DNA from: Lingula anatina
Lineage: Eukaryota > Animalia > Brachiopoda
Length of the DNA stretch: 64,000 bases
Direction of reading: 5' to 3'
Assembly: GCA_051362555.1 (NCBI GenBank)
Contig: CM120644.1
Span: forward strand, 22,652,534 to 22,716,533
Shown: positions 22,800 through 36,960 of the stretch, in pieces
Layout: the number at the start of each line of letters is the position of its first letter
Numbering within the stretch: the stretch's first letter is position 1
The notes under the pieces: generated by a model
Databases searched by the model: none
The model's input: the letters and a program-made list of their open reading frames with translations, nothing else
What the model was told of the DNA's origin: nothing
Made by a program: the position numbers and the translations under genes

Positions 22800-23800
22800 T
22801 CATACATAAGTGATAATATGGACATCTGATTTCTTCACAAGTTACAATTGAGTCCACTCCCCTCATAAATAATGTTATAAATGTATGGAATAATTTCTGG
22901 TTAATGGTATATGATGGTTGTAACACAATGTATTGAGAGGCTTTTGACTAATGTAACACATTCACAACAGACACAGTCAATAACATCTGACCTCAGTATA
23001 AATATAGATCACCTATTGTTCTTTTTTAAAAAACATGTTTCAACTGTATGGTCATTGTAGTGTTGATATTGATAAGTTAATAACCGAGATTTTACAGTCA
23101 TAATCCATAAACTGCAATATATCATGATAAACTGTACAATCATGTGTATAGATTGAAATGATTTATAAAGATGTATGTGGAATATACAAACAATGTACTA
23201 CAAAATATTGTATCAGTATTTTAGAGATAATATAGACAACGTAGTATTTGTTAACCCTGTATATTTCCTATCATACTATTATCTGGGTGTTTATAATTAT
23301 AAAATACAATAACATATGTGAGCTGTCAAGATTGGGTTAATTACTTCATGCACAATGTAAGTGTGGGCAATTGTTTGGCCTTATCCTTAGAAAAATTGGT
23401 AAAATAACAAGAAAAATTGGTAGTTTATGTGATGTTTTTTTATTGGATTTTATAGGGGTGGCGTTAGACAAAATTTAGTAAGTAAAATTTTGGACTATAC
23501 CATTATGATTTGTTTATTTTATAAGTATATTGTTTCTTATATTAGCTAACGGTTTGAAGCGTTTCAGCTTGTGTTTGATAATTACCATATAAGATCCAAC
23601 TATCAAGCTAATGAACATTTTTGCTCACATAACCTACAACAGAATATTGTATTATTGGTATACAGTAGTTTGTTCAAAATATGTTATGTATAAAAACAAG
23701 CATTTGTCACTGAGATAGGGGTATCTGTTAATGCTGCAAACTATAACATTATTTGTAAAATTATTAGTTCTTTTTAAGCGGAAGAAGTATGTGTGTTAAT
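22800..23800 (-). mobile_element. Very degenerate non-LTR (CR1/L2-like) ORF2 remnant
   Basis: Faint endonuclease-like VCSINRYP and a possible SKAF-like RT trace in the expected order. Heavily eroded. Confidence 0.3.
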
Positions 23801-25496
23801 GATAAAATTGTGAGATTTATGGTGTTTAATTAATACCATTAATTGCAGTGACATATGTAAGTTAGGTTGTAAAGGGTCCGGTTGTTAAAGCATATAGTTG
23901 GTTGAATGTTCACAAGAAGATTAAATTTTCATGTAGTTGTTTAAAGGACGCAATTACATTGGGAAGCAAACATCAGTTTACGAAGAGTCCTTGTCATTAT
24001 GAAAGTGAATTAAGAAATGAATATAATTACAAAAGAACATGCGAACGTTCATAGTTATAATTGAGTTACCCAGTCTGGTGTAGTCTAAATCTATTTAACC
24101 ATCAGTCTTTAGTAACTGACATTCAGTATTTTATTAAAATGTTGTGGAAGCTTTTTTTCCTGTGTGAGGGAATATAAGAAATGGGAACACGTTATATCTT
24201 TATAATATACAGTAAATTATAATGATTACTTGTTTTGGCTTCCTATTTATTTGCTCACTTTATGTGTTTGCAGTAGTCTTAAAATATCTAAATTGAGCTG
24301 TCTATAATTATAATTTTAATTTTGAATGGCAGAAAGTTTTGTGTTTATTAGCCAACAATTTGTTATGAAGAGACATGGAGATGTGTAATTTTATAAATTA
24401 CCAAAGGGTTGAATCATACATGTACAATGCAGACGCCATGGTATCTAAAGAAGGTACAAACTTTCTTTAAAGCACCAATTAACGGATAACTTTGATTGAT
24501 ATAATTGTATAACTAGCCAATGGTATGTATGATATTTGGGATGATATAAGTATAAAACGACTTTTTCAGAGTTATGAAGTAAAATGGTTATTTATGACTG
24601 AAACTTTTTTATTGCATCAAGACAGTTGTAGAACTGGAACAAAGACAATCCTGTGAATTATCTGAAAGTTAAATAATCTAAATCTGTATGAAAAAAATGG
24701 CTTAATAACCATAAGCTATGCGTAGCATATTATTTTTAGTACAAGTAGTAACAAACGTGTAATAAAAATGTGGTTAAAGAAAAAAGTTCTGAATTATTTT
24801 GACTTATTTTCTGTTTGATAATATTTTTAGCTGTGGGAAATCAATCAACCTGTCTCCACTACCCATTCTCTGTACTAAGGTTGAGTATATTCCAAGACAG
24901 TGGCCCCAGATAAATATTTGGGGAGAGGGGCGGGGATCTGTTGACAGCCTACAATATACACGCTAGAGACTTATTTTGTATCCCTGTAGTCTACAAACAT
25001 GGGGCATGCATTCTTTATTTCTCCGGGGAGCAAAAATGAAAGTGGATGTCATATGAAAACAACAGTAATCCATAAAATGTACAGTTTATATAATGAGGAA
25101 GACGACGAGTTGGAGCTTTTTATTTTATTTTATTTTATTCCCCAATTTATTTTTAAGTACAAATTCAGGAGTATTTATACTGTGTTTCTCAGTTTTGGTC
25201 CAGCATTCGTTTGTTTGGTTACATTGCCTTTTTCGTGAATACCAAGATTTTTTATTCTGATTTGTCAACCCATCATTCGATACTTTTCTACAACGGCAAT
25301 CTCCAAGATTCATGTTTTGATTAGAAATCTAAATTATTTTATTTACACTGTACATTATATTTGGATCTTATCTAAAACTTATTTTGTATGTATTTTTAAC
25401 GTTGCAGGAACAATTTGATTGTGATATCAACCAATCAAATAAAACTATATGTGAAATTGTCGAATATCATCCTTTCCTAAAAGGAATACTTTCCAC

Positions 25497-25690
25497 TAGG
25501 GCTGCGTACCGGTACTCTGCACTGTTACAGTACCGTAATAATCGATTTGGTACAGGTCCAAAATACCGGATCATGAAGTACCGGTGTAACATGCAAATCT
25601 GACTCCCATGAAAATTTGACTCCCCCAGTCAAAATTTTTCAATGAAAATCTGACTCCCCCCATGACATTTTGACCCCCCCCCCCCATCAC
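25497..25690 (+). mobile_element. Two abutting DNA-transposon left ends (TAGGGCTG hAT-like; CCGGTGT end with TGACTCCC subterminal repeats)
   Basis: TAGGGCTGCGTACCGGTAC at 25497 and CCGGTGTAAC at 25581, followed by repeated (T/C)TGACTCCC motifs. No matching right ends found. Confidence 0.45.
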
Positions 25691-27466
25691 AAATCTTCAT
25701 AAATCTTATTTTATTTGAATATATGTAACTTTTATCTTGAAGTATGCATAATGGAAGATACATTGGTACTTTCTGAAACTTTTCATGAGGAAATAAGAAA
25801 ATTAAAATATTTTTTCACCCAATGACTCCTATGAAAGGCTATGGGAGTCCAAATCCTACAGTTAGTAAGGTGGATACTTGTTTCAAAAATTATCAAGTTT
25901 CACCAAAATTTTCACGATCAAACTTTTAAATACTAACAAAATAGACGTCACCATGCAAACCATGTGAAAAAAAATGGTATGGTGACTTAATATAAAATAG
26001 TGCCTTTTCTTCATGAGAGTCCAAAATCCCATAGGTATGAATATTAAGATTTTTCATGATTATTTTTTTCATTTTTTGCACACAATATTTTACCACCAAA
26101 CTTTCAAACATTTCCAATATATTGTTCATAAAGTGTACTTAAGGGACAAATGTTGAAATGATCACTATGTAAATATCAAATAAAAAGCTTTTTCAAAAAA
26201 AAAAAAAAAAAAAGTCGCCCCTAACGCAATGCGTAAAGCGATACAGAAAACCATGCCGTTATTCGTTATTGAAACTTCTTAACTTCTTAACTTCTAAAGT
26301 TTATTTTATTTTATTTATTTTATTTTTTTATTAAAAAAATACTGCTTGTATAAGCAATGAATATGCTTAAGTTTAAAAATAGTGCTACATTTGAGTATTG
26401 AATTGGGTGGCGCACCTGCCGCATCTGTACCTCTGTTCGTTCAGTCAAAAAGTTATGTAGCGTTTGCGGATTGATGGCGTCCCACTTAAGGTGCAAATAC
26501 AGTATGATATCGTTTTTTTTAACAGGGCCATCCCTCAGTTATTCATATCCGAGGATAATCTGGTCATCCAAGGGAAGTTTGTTTAAGCTAGTGGCATTGC
26601 AGAGATGACTATGGTCCTTCAAAGCAACCTTTATATGTACCAACATTTTAAGGAGCATATTTGAATTTGCACCTACTTATAAAGCAGTATGTGAGAAAAA
26701 AAAAATTTTACTTGGCTTATTAATTGCAGTCTTGTTTAAACACCCACAAATAGCCTGTGAGTACCACAGTTCCTACATGTACTTATCCTATACTGTATAA
26801 AGTAAAAATCAAGCCATACAATGTATAAACTAAAATGACCGGTGTCAAGCAGCACAGAGTCCTACCATTCTAGGGTCCGGCGGACCCTGTGTTTTAAAAC
26901 TGAGAGTCCGGCGGACTCCATGTATCGAAATAACGGGTCCCGGACTGTTCTGAAATGTAGAGTCCCCCTAGACACTCTATTTCAGTACGGAAAGTCCTAG
27001 GACCCTACGTTTTAATACTGAAAGTCCGCATTGAAGAGCAATAATGAAATCTAACACTTAAAACTTGCAATGTAAATATAACATTGAACATGATGTTAAC
27101 TGATATGGAGGGAAGAATTATAAGAATTTAAGGTAAAATAAACATCATTAACCTCTGTTAAAGTGTAACGCGTAGTATAGCCTACATGTGCATTGTTCGC
27201 ATTTCATAAACTTTAATCTGCAGGTTTATATTTTGTATTGAAAATCCATTCTGACAGAGTAAGACATCGCGAAGAGCTAGCCATTTTATACCCTGAGAAA
27301 CATGAACTACATTCCTTTTGGGTTGATTCCATTTTCATTTAGGGTATGCAACTTAAATTAAAACTTTATATAAATTGTTAAAAAAATGAAATGAGTACAT
27401 TTTCAATTACACTCCTAAAGCACGTATATTAAATAACAAATTAATTTCGTCAGTTTCCAGAAAATA

Positions 27467-29127
27467 CAGACTTGACATTTAATATGGAATATTTTTTTCG
27501 AAATAATTTTTTATCAGTTTTTTCCTATTTTGCTGACTGATAAATGAAAATAAGGATTAAAATCGTGTTTTAATAACTTTAAATTATCTCTTTGATGTCA
27601 TTGTGACATCAGTTCATTAATGGAATTCGCCAGAGAAGCAAACAAAAACACATTGCCTATTCTATGTCATACGACTCCCATTAAAAGAGATATTTTGGAT
27701 CTCCATATTTTCCAAATTATCGTCTGTAAAAGGGTAATACGCTCCACAAAAGACCCTCATGTCAGTTGCTAGTCACAGTAATGGTCGTTGTTACGCCTGA
27801 CCTCTTCGTGGCTGTTGCCAGCGCTTTCAAGCGGCAAGGCATTTCTTGGGGGTAGGTTTTTAGAGTTCAATCTGGAATAGCATTCCAGGCATCGGTCTAA
27901 AATTGTCCAATCTGGTCCAGTTTTGTTGTAGGACATGTAGGCAGTTGATTGGTGAGTAATGGTCTACAGAAATATTGTGTATGTGGTTCAAATGTGGCGA
28001 TTTTGATGACCAGGGTAGCTGCTCATTCCCTTGGTTCTGTAAGTTATCTGCTATTAAAAGTGCTCTGTGTGAACCTGCAATCTCATCGTGCAACCTAGAA
28101 TTGTTCCTAAGGTGCCCCCTATCAAATGATAGTCAAGTGGTTCCGAGATTATTCCTTTATTTGATCTGGTTCAGGTTTTCGTCGATGACTACCATTGGTG
28201 TTTTGGCACCAATGTGGAATCTACTCTACATACTGACGCTGTCAATCACCCTTGTCACTTTAGACCCGGCATATGCTTCATCGTAGGCCCGTTCTGGATA
28301 TCTGTAAACTCTGTTTTGACTAATTGGGCGGTACACGTGAAATCTGACCTCAATAAAGAAAGCCACGAAGTTTCAGTGTTCTACCCAGAATCGTTCATGG
28401 CCCCCAATTCATTAAAGAAACAGACGACGATGTTTTGCTGTATACAGTGGGTACCTCGGAGGTCATTTGGTGTTCTTACCTGCTAAAACCAGTTTGGTGT
28501 TCGCTAAGGGCTTTGAAAAACGCATTTTAGTGGCAATTTACCCCTCGTTCTGAACGGACTAAGTGTTTTTTGTTTAGTTGCAGCAGCGTATCCCGAAAGA
28601 CATTGGGTCCTGTACCCTGTAGGTAAAATTTTGATACATTGGGGGTGACCTCTGTGTAGGTACATCAGTCTGGGCATTACTCTATAAAACTGTGTGGAAC
28701 GTTCCGTTTGACGCTCTGATCTGTCTGGTTATGTCTGTCTTTTTCGCGCCATTCTGCCTTAGATTAACAAATTTGTAATGCACTACTTGAATCATCTTAC
28801 GCACTGCAAAACTGACCGCTTGCATGCAAAATTTCAAATTCTTCTATGCAGTAGTTGCCGAAATATGGATACTTTTTTGACAGAACCAAGCTTTGCCTAA
28901 GCCAAGCTTTGATCAGCCCAAAGGAACACTACCCAATTAAATCACTGCAAATTACATAATGTAGCAGCGCAACAGGCATGAAAGTCAGTTAATTGGTAGT
29001 GACACACCTGACTGCACACTTTTACATTCACAAATCTTATATGAGATCGGAGTTTTTTGTAAAAAGAACGTATTTTACCTAGGTATACCTTCGAAACTGA
29101 AATATTCCATATTAAATGTCAAGTCTG
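27467..29127 (-). mobile_element. Tc1/mariner (Tc1-type) element with decayed transposase (~27860-28780)
   Basis: TIR CAGACTTGACATTTAATATGGAATATTT / AAATATTCCATATTAAATGTCAAGTCTG with TA TSDs. HDEIAGSHRA..LPWSSKSPHLNHIHNI corresponds to the QDNA.PH..WP..SPDLNPIE motif. Confidence 0.92.
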
Positions 29128-29524
29128 TACATATTTTGCACAATTTGGCATTGATGCACTGTATAACGCTAGCTGTCACACATTTATGAGTGGTAGTCAT
29201 TGTAGCCTAAGTCACGCGTATAGTCTACAGCAAGAAACGTTTTGCACAGTTTAGCTTCTATTCATTGTATACCCTAGCTTACGCACATGTACAAGTGGTA
29301 TTCAAATAAGTCACGCGTATATGTAGTACAAAGCATCACAATGCAATGGGATATGTGTGAAAAATATTCTAAGTAAGTTTTATTGAAAAAAAGGGTATGA
29401 AATATAATAAAAAGTGAGTATAGCACATTTTATTGCGGAATGAAACACAATAAATAGACAGTAAGTAGAATATTTAACTAGAGATTTAAAAAACAAGAGT
29501 GAAAATAGAGAAGTTATACAGTCA

Positions 29525-29637
29525 ACTCTAGTGTGGGACTTGAACCAACACATTGTTAAATTACTGCATACTTCCCTGTCATTGGATACCATTGTATGGC
29601 TCATAACACGTGTCGCTGTCCACTACACCACCAGGCC
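29525..29637 (-). repeat. tRNA-like Pol III head (SINE or pseudo-tRNA)
   Basis: GGCCTGG, A box TGGTGTAGTGG and B box GGTTCAAGTCC with an unusually long spacer. The acceptor stem does not close. Confidence 0.45.
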
Positions 29638-30419
29638 GTTGTGCAAACCACCGCCGTTTTGTTACATTACATTTACTTGCATCTAGGGTTTGCTTTATTA
29701 TTATTCTATTATACCCAGATTGTCAATATAAAGCGCTTTTACTAAATATCTACTGTTTTACAGTAGGACCCTAGCTTTTAGACCCAGTTCTTCTGTATGA
29801 CGGGCGGACTCTGTGTTTTGTGATAGCTGTCATGAAACGTAGGGTCCGTTTAAATGCAGGGTCCGGGGGACCCTGTATATTATACCTAATCACCATTATA
29901 CATCTCCGAGACCCGTTATTTCAGAAATAACGGGTCCCGGACTTTCTGTCATGGGGGACCTTCTGGTACATGACACCGGTCAATTCTGGTTGGCCATTCA
30001 GATGTGTTTTTTTTTACAGCACGGTTTTTTTTTTTGGTCTTGGTACAGTCTTGGTGTTGGCACTTTTGAAGGGGGGGTGCATACAGTTCATCCGATTACA
30101 CTAAGTGCATTTTAAAACGAAAATTCCCACAGAGATAGATCGACCCTCATGAACTGATATCTTTTATTCTGAACACAGCCTATTACAAGAAAACTGTGTC
30201 CAGACATTGGAGAGAAAGGGTGTGTAACAACATAAATATAGGACCACGGTTGGTTTTGGGGAACATAAAATGTGCAGTGAATTATTAAATAAGAATTTGA
30301 TGCAATGTACGAATTCGTCATGTACATTTTTAAAGAATTTCTACGAATACTTGCACACAGGTAAAAAGCACCGCAAACCGCCTCACCCACCTTCCCCCGC
30401 CCAACACCTGCTTAAAACC

Positions 30420-30420
<1 letters not shown>

Positions 30421-30471
<51 letters not shown>

Positions 30472-30619
30472 GCTGGGGTGTATACGCACGTACACACACA
30501 TACACTGGCAAGGACACACGCGCACATACATCCACACGTACAGATCCACGCATGCGCATACATACACACATGCATGTACACATACACGTGCACGCACGCA
30601 AACACCACAAAGACACAAA

Positions 30620-30650
<31 letters not shown>
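30421..30650. repeat. (CA)n compound microsatellite
   Basis: Perfect and degenerate CA tracts. Confidence 0.95.
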
Positions 30651-30653
<3 letters not shown>

Positions 30654-31514
30654 CACTTCAGAACGGCATCTACCCCCCCCCCCCCCACCCCGACTAATTT
30701 CCTCTTTATGCTAGCTCCCGGTGTAAAAGAACACATCTTTCCTCAACAAGAGACGCATTCTAGGTAAAAGATGGGTAATCCTTCCGCAACACAGGTGGTG
30801 ACATCTTTTTTTTTCTGCTGGATGTCTTTATTACTTGTCATTGTGTTTAGTCGCGGATTAAATATTCCATACAGTCAAACGTAAATGGATCTGTTATAGA
30901 GACAACATAGCTATGTAAATAAGGGTATGTGGCTGTTATGGACTGTAGGCAATATTGCGTATTGTTACATGGTAACCGCAAACATGGCAGTTTAAATAGA
31001 ACTAGTGCGTCCTAATTTCTGCGCTCGAACGAAATAGGCAGCACCTTATATTTTGACCCTTTCTGCTGCACAGTTAACAAGTCGTTCATATTAAACTGAT
31101 TTGCACGGTGATGTGTTTTCGACAGCACATTTAAATGAGTTTGTTAGCTTGTCGAAGGGATTTGATAAATACTGTGTATGGGTTTTCTTTAGGTCAATAC
31201 TTCTATTGGTATTTCTAACAATTAAAACAATTTTGGTTAGATTACAGACGACATCCCCCACATTAATTATTACTGAGGTTTTGATCTAGGGATCTAGTTC
31301 GCATATAACCAGCTTACTGTTGCGTTGGCTGTACGCATCAATCCCGAAAAGCTGACATTTTTCATTCACAGGTAGACAGCTTTAGTAACCGGGGGTCTAT
31401 GTGCATTGAAAGGTAAAAAAATATGACTACAAAAGCAGCGCAAACTATTTAGCAAATACTGACAGTTGGTGTATAGAAAACACACACACACACACTCACA
31501 CAAAAGCAGAACAA

Positions 31515-32147
31515 ACCGGAATGACTAAATTTAAAAATTCGTACTACATTCGGGAAGAAATTTCAAATTGACCTAAATTCTTGTAAGAATGCCGTTGGAA
31601 TACTCAGAATGCGCTTGAATACGCCTGGAATGATTCGTGCTCATTTCGGCTGTATTAGCTCTCAAATGCAGTTCGAATGTAGTTAGAGAACTAGGTATAT
31701 CAATGATGCTGTCAGAATGCAGTCAGAATATTTAGAATACACTTCGAATGCCGTACGAGTAACGTTCGATTGCTGACTGAAATAGGATATAGATGCATTC
31801 GATTTGCATTCCGGCTCTTTTTAGCAGGATTTAAAGTGTCTTGCCATTTCGGTTCTCCCTCCAATGTGATCATAATGTATCGAATGCTGTCGGAATACAG
31901 TGAGAATATTTAGAATGCAGTCATAGTGCAGTTAGAATGCTATTAAAATGTCATTCAATAATTTCCACTTGGAATGCACTTCGAAAGTTTTTAACATGAG
32001 CAAAACATTGGGGCCGGCCAAAAGAGTGGGCAAAATATTTGGAATGTACTCTGAAAGTTTAGAATGCTTTTCGAATATCCAGTAACGCACAAAGAATTGT
32101 CTCTCCTACGACGTTCTTGCTCATTTCGCCTCTACTGGGACGGGGAT
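31515..32147. mobile_element. MITE-like element rich in GAATG/CATTC motifs (Harbinger-like, one end seen)
   Basis: Dense GAATG/TTCGAA repeats ending CTACTGGGACGGGGA. Left TIR not found. Confidence 0.45.
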
Positions 32148-34342
32148 ATAAGTTAGATCAACACTACTTTTTGTTCTGTTTTTAGGTGTTTGGTTATCCA
32201 GTTTATTAATACTAATATTAAATATTTTGTTCACCCTATTGTAGTTTGAAAGAATTGATGAGTGGAAATACAGAACAGTTTTAATTGAATTTTACATTCC
32301 TTACTTGAATGTAGTCCTTACTAAGAAAGTAATCCACTTGCCTGATCAGTGATATTAGACACTTAGTTACATGTAGTACTTCTGTTATTGACTGCCCCTT
32401 TGTTGTTGGTGACTAGATGAATTTTTAGTTACTTCAAGATTAATTTAAAATACAGAGGCAGGTTTCAAATAGTCTTTGCTTTTGTATAAGTGTGTCTTTT
32501 CACTGAAGAGCACTTCAATACCTGTCTCTAAAATTGGGAAAAAAAATGTTAAAATTACTTTCAGGGTTGCACTCACTGAAAGCCATGGAAAACTGTCGTT
32601 CCCTGGAAGCTCACACCTTCTTCACATTAGGTTAATCCAGAGGGTGTACCATGTTGTGACTTAGAGTACGTGAATACAAGTGCTTATTTTTTTCAGGCAT
32701 ACATATGTGTGTTTGAATTTAAGTGGTCAACTTATTTTCTAAGTCATACATTATGCAATAGCCAACATGTATTTGTATACAAGCGCTCAGTTTTTCCTCA
32801 GCCACACATTATGCAATCTGTGTGTACCAATGTAAGCTTTATAGTGCTCAGTTTTTTCTCAGCCATACATTGTGCAATATATATGTGTATATTATTAAAA
32901 TAAGTCTCCAGTTTTCTCAGTCAATACAAATATAAGAAGGTTTTTTTATGGAAAATATTTTATGAACTCCTTATCCGCTTGGAAAGTATAGTGAAGTGGC
33001 CCATACGCAATGTCTGTGTATGGATATTAGCGCTCATTTTTTTTCTATTTTTCATGGGAGAATCAGCTATTTATACAAGTATAATTCAATCACACTGTGC
33101 AATACGTGTGTTAAGATATCAGTGATCAGTGTTACATTTTTATATAAGGAAAATGAATCTGATGCTTGGATCTAACTTTGTTTTGTGTGTATAATTACAG
33201 CCGACATGAATCAATTTTTTGTTAAATGACGTAGATTTAATGATAAATATTTTTTTATAACCATTGTTGTATGTCACGATTTCCATGCCGAATATATACC
33301 ATGTCCAGGATGATTGAAATGTGCACTTAGCATGCATATTTCCACGAAAGTAACTGCCGAAAAAAGAATAAAGACAAATTTGAAATTAGAACAATTTGTA
33401 TTCTTATTCAAGGCCCTCGAAATTGAGCCATCGATCCATTTTGTCAATAAAATCCTTTCATATCGCTCCACTGTCATCTCTGCCTGTTGGATCACCTGAT
33501 CACTTGTGGTACACACGCAAGACATACATTTAGCACGTACATGTAATCAGGGTGCGTAGGACCACTGACTCTTTTTTAAAACTTTTTTTTGCATTTTTCG
33601 TAATCATTATTTGGTCAATATCTGTTAGTGTCAGCCTTGGCAAGTTTTGTAAAATTCCGGAAAAAAATAAAACACAATCTTAACGGCAATCTCAAATTTT
33701 TTGGACGATGATATAATCGTCGATTTATCCATTGCCATAGATGTGGCATTGATATTATATTCTACTTAAAGTAGAATGCAAAACCTGTCTATGGCTTCAA
33801 CTTGTTAAAATGCAGAGAACAGACATAAAGGGAACTTCCTCTCGCCATCACAATACAGCCATCACTATTTACTCGATATTGCCCTGTTTATCGCTGCCAG
33901 CCAATTCTCCCTTCTAAACTACTGATTAGGTATAATGAAGAAATATATTCACTCCCTTTGTGTTTTCTAGAATAGCAGCCAAGTACAAGACACATTTTTT
34001 GTAGCATTTCTGCGTGTTATCTGCCCCACGTCTAATACATTAGTCCCCCACCTGATATGCATAAAAGCGTTTAGAAAAGCTCTTTCCTTCAATATGTGAT
34101 GTGGCCAAACAATTTTCACGGTGCATTAAGATAAACAGTAAAAGAATATCCACAATAAATTCGGCAACCGAGAGGTGCGGCAACATAAAGATAATTGCGG
34201 TAGTATTTATGCCGAAACATCAAAATGAATAGCCCCGCCGTTCGAGCCTTTTAATCAGATTCAGATCAGATTAACCAATCAAAGCAACGGAAAGGGGGTC
34301 ACTTCACCTTCCCACCAGGCCATGCCATGTAAACAAAGCAGC

Positions 34343-36430
34343 ATGGTCGGCTGTAAAGAAGAGTCTGAGGAGGGAGACGCGAAATCTTCGCCTAATTCTC
34401 ATCTTTCGTGTTGCATGCACATAGAAGAAGGTAGCTAATTAAGAGACTCTAGATACCATCACACGTGTTCGCTGGGAAAATTTTAGAGTCGCAGCGAAAC
34501 AATGGCGGAAATTTGGCAGCAGAGAAGCCGCTGCTGTTCAGTGGATCCGTACAGTACGGATTTAGATAAAGGATTCGACGATTTGGAAGCCAAACCACGA
34601 TGTCACTTTTCTTGCTACAGAAAGCTAACTAACAAGAAGGGGCTATCTCAGGCGGCAAAGAAGTATGAGAAAGCTGAGAAACAAGGCAGTCCTGCTGAAG
34701 AAGGTATGTCAACATATTGTAATTTGTTTTTAAATCAGCCCTGATCGTGTGATGTTTACATTGTACGTGGCTGATGTTACATAACAATATGTGACTGATA
34801 AAAGTGATATGAAAGAAAGAAAAAAAAAGAAAATGATAAAAAAGTTTATTAGTGTTATTATTATTTTATTTGTAAATACTTAGAGGTTTTAAGATATGAA
34901 ACAACTCATTCTCTGTTGAATAAGACCCCATTTCCAGAGATTAGATATATCTACTTTAGGGGTTCAAGCTAAACAGCTGTCAGTGGGGCGGACACGAAAG
35001 TTAAATACCCCCTTACAGCTTGTAGTAGGCGGGACGGACATTTAAGCCGGATTATCTGACAGTAATCTAGTGAGACTCCCCGCGGGGACAGATCAATCTA
35101 AAAGCTCTGGGAATACAGCCTAAGCTAGCTGTATGTTCTTGCCATGATTAACATCTCATTATTAGTTCATCCATATTAGCATTGCATTTACACAAAATAA
35201 TGTAAGGCTTCACACAACAAGATATACAAACAAATGTTATGGTGGGATTTTATGAGACAGAGGCTTAAGTATCATGGTAGAATCTTTTATGTTATTTGTG
35301 GAGTGTTCCTCCCCCCCAGTTACATTGCTGCACATGTGCAACCATTAGTGAATATAAATATGTATAGGCTAAGCCCAACTTCAATGAGAATGTATTTTAG
35401 GGAATATTTACTGTATCTTGTGAGCCAGAAAAAGTAGGATAGCTTTTCACAGAACAAGCTGCAATGTGATTAATTTAATTAGGACTGTTAGGAATAATCC
35501 TTGTAACTTTCCCTTATGAATAAAATCAGTAAAGGTATACATAAATAGTATCAATGAAGAAATACGTTGACAAACAGTATCAATTAAGGAATAATTATAA
35601 TGAGTAGGGTGACTGGTAGATGTAGTTCAGTTTAAAGAGAAGAGTCACTTTTATTCAAGGCATCTGATATTAATCTGGGCAGCAGAATGCTAGTGGGCTC
35701 CCTATTAATTATTAGATCTTAAACTTGATTTATTTGTCTTAGTTGCAACAAATATTAAACAGTGGGTCTCATTTGCCTATAGTTTGTTACAGCTTAGTTC
35801 CTCATAAAAGGAACATGCTGAGCCACTAATACATTGAATCCTATACCTACCCTATGCCCTTTGAATCATGAGGATATATGTAATTATAGTTGTTAATATC
35901 ACTTGATGTCAATCATGTGATAAACTCACATGCGACTGTCTTATCTTATTTCATTATTATTTATTTATTTTATAGTTAAATCATAGTGATTGTATATACA
36001 ATTGCACTTGCAACAATCAAGGATTTGCGGTCTGCTCTGTATTTGCTAAATCATTTGTGTATCCAGGTATCCAGATGTTTTTATTTGAAATATGTATTCT
36101 ATGTTGTCTTTTTATTTATACAGGGCAACTGTTTTTATAACTGAATTTTGAGCACATTACTATTTTTACATATCTTTGTTACACCCACTTGGATATTTAT
36201 CCAACGTTAAAGCTGTTTCTGTAGTAGTCAGTATCTGCACATTATAATGCACTAATATATATGGTATGAAAAGTAAAATGTTATTTTGCTTCTTTTACAG
36301 AACCATCAACCAGTTGTACTTTCCAAAATACAAGGTCCATCTCCCAAGAAATTGAGATCAGTCTCAGGGTTTGGTATATCAAAGTCACCAGTGCTGCCAG
36401 CTATCTGCATTATTTGTAAAAAAAAAAAGT
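34343..36430 (+). pseudogene. Spliced N-terminus of an Academ-like transposase (exons ~34343-34703 and 36301-36430)
   Basis: CCMH..RWENFRVAAKQW..CHFSCYRKLT, donor GAAG|GTATGT, acceptor TTTTACAG, then PSPKKLRS..SPVLPAICIICKK. Contains a stop and frameshifts. Confidence 0.55.
34924..35120. mobile_element. Harbinger/Tourist-like MITE (same family as 7187-7411)
   Basis: TAA TSD on both sides, imperfect TIRs, and shared core CCCCTTACAGCTT.TAGTAGGCGGGAC..CTGACAGTAATCTAGTGAGACTCCCC. Confidence 0.8.
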
Positions 36431-36504
36431 TGTGGTCACTTAGTCTAATTTTTGCAAGTGTTTTGATATTTAATGGGGAGACACACATTTTGATGTAATT
36501 TTCA

Positions 36505-36960
36505 CATTCATAACATTTTTTTTATTGTTTTGTATGTCCTTAATTTGTTTGAGATTGAGCTATTTAATTCCTGCCAGAAGTGTTTTTCGATTTTTATGTT
36601 CAATATTTCTAAAAGGTTTTCTATTTGATATAATTTCTTTGGTGGGTTGTTATCTTCGGATAGATTCTGTCCATGTGTTTCCCTTTTTATCTTGCTCAAG
36701 ACTGTGCACCTGATTTACAGTTCTATTATCTACTAGTAGTTGTTCCAGTCTAAGACTAATCTTTAGACAGGTTTAGTTATAGTTGAAATAATAGGGTAAC
36801 TGCCAAGCTTAGCTCTAAAAATGGTATTGCTAGCCTGCTTTCTTAGACCTAAAATCCATTTGCAAAACTTTAAGTGTACCTGTTCGAATGGCATTTTATT
36901 AATCTTTTTCAGATATGCACAAGTAATGTAGAAAGTTATAATTTCACAGTTGAAATAATT
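36505..36960 (-). mobile_element. RTE-X-like LINE ORF2 3' fragment
   Basis: FEQVHLKFCKWILGL..RAKLGSYP and FWQELNSSISNKLRTYKTIK motifs. Confidence 0.7.

Larger units (their letters stand above)
26837..29981. mobile_element. Unclassified TIR DNA element with GGGTCC/GGACCC subterminal repeats
   Basis: GACCGGTGTCA...TGACACCGGTC ends with AAT on both flanks. GAAATAACGGGTCCCGGACT occurs near both ends. Confidence 0.75.

Noticed and set aside
30270-30767. His/Thr- or Cys/Val-rich ORFs
   Set aside because: Translation of a (CA)n microsatellite. The same applies to the IY-repeat ORFs at 54688-55090.
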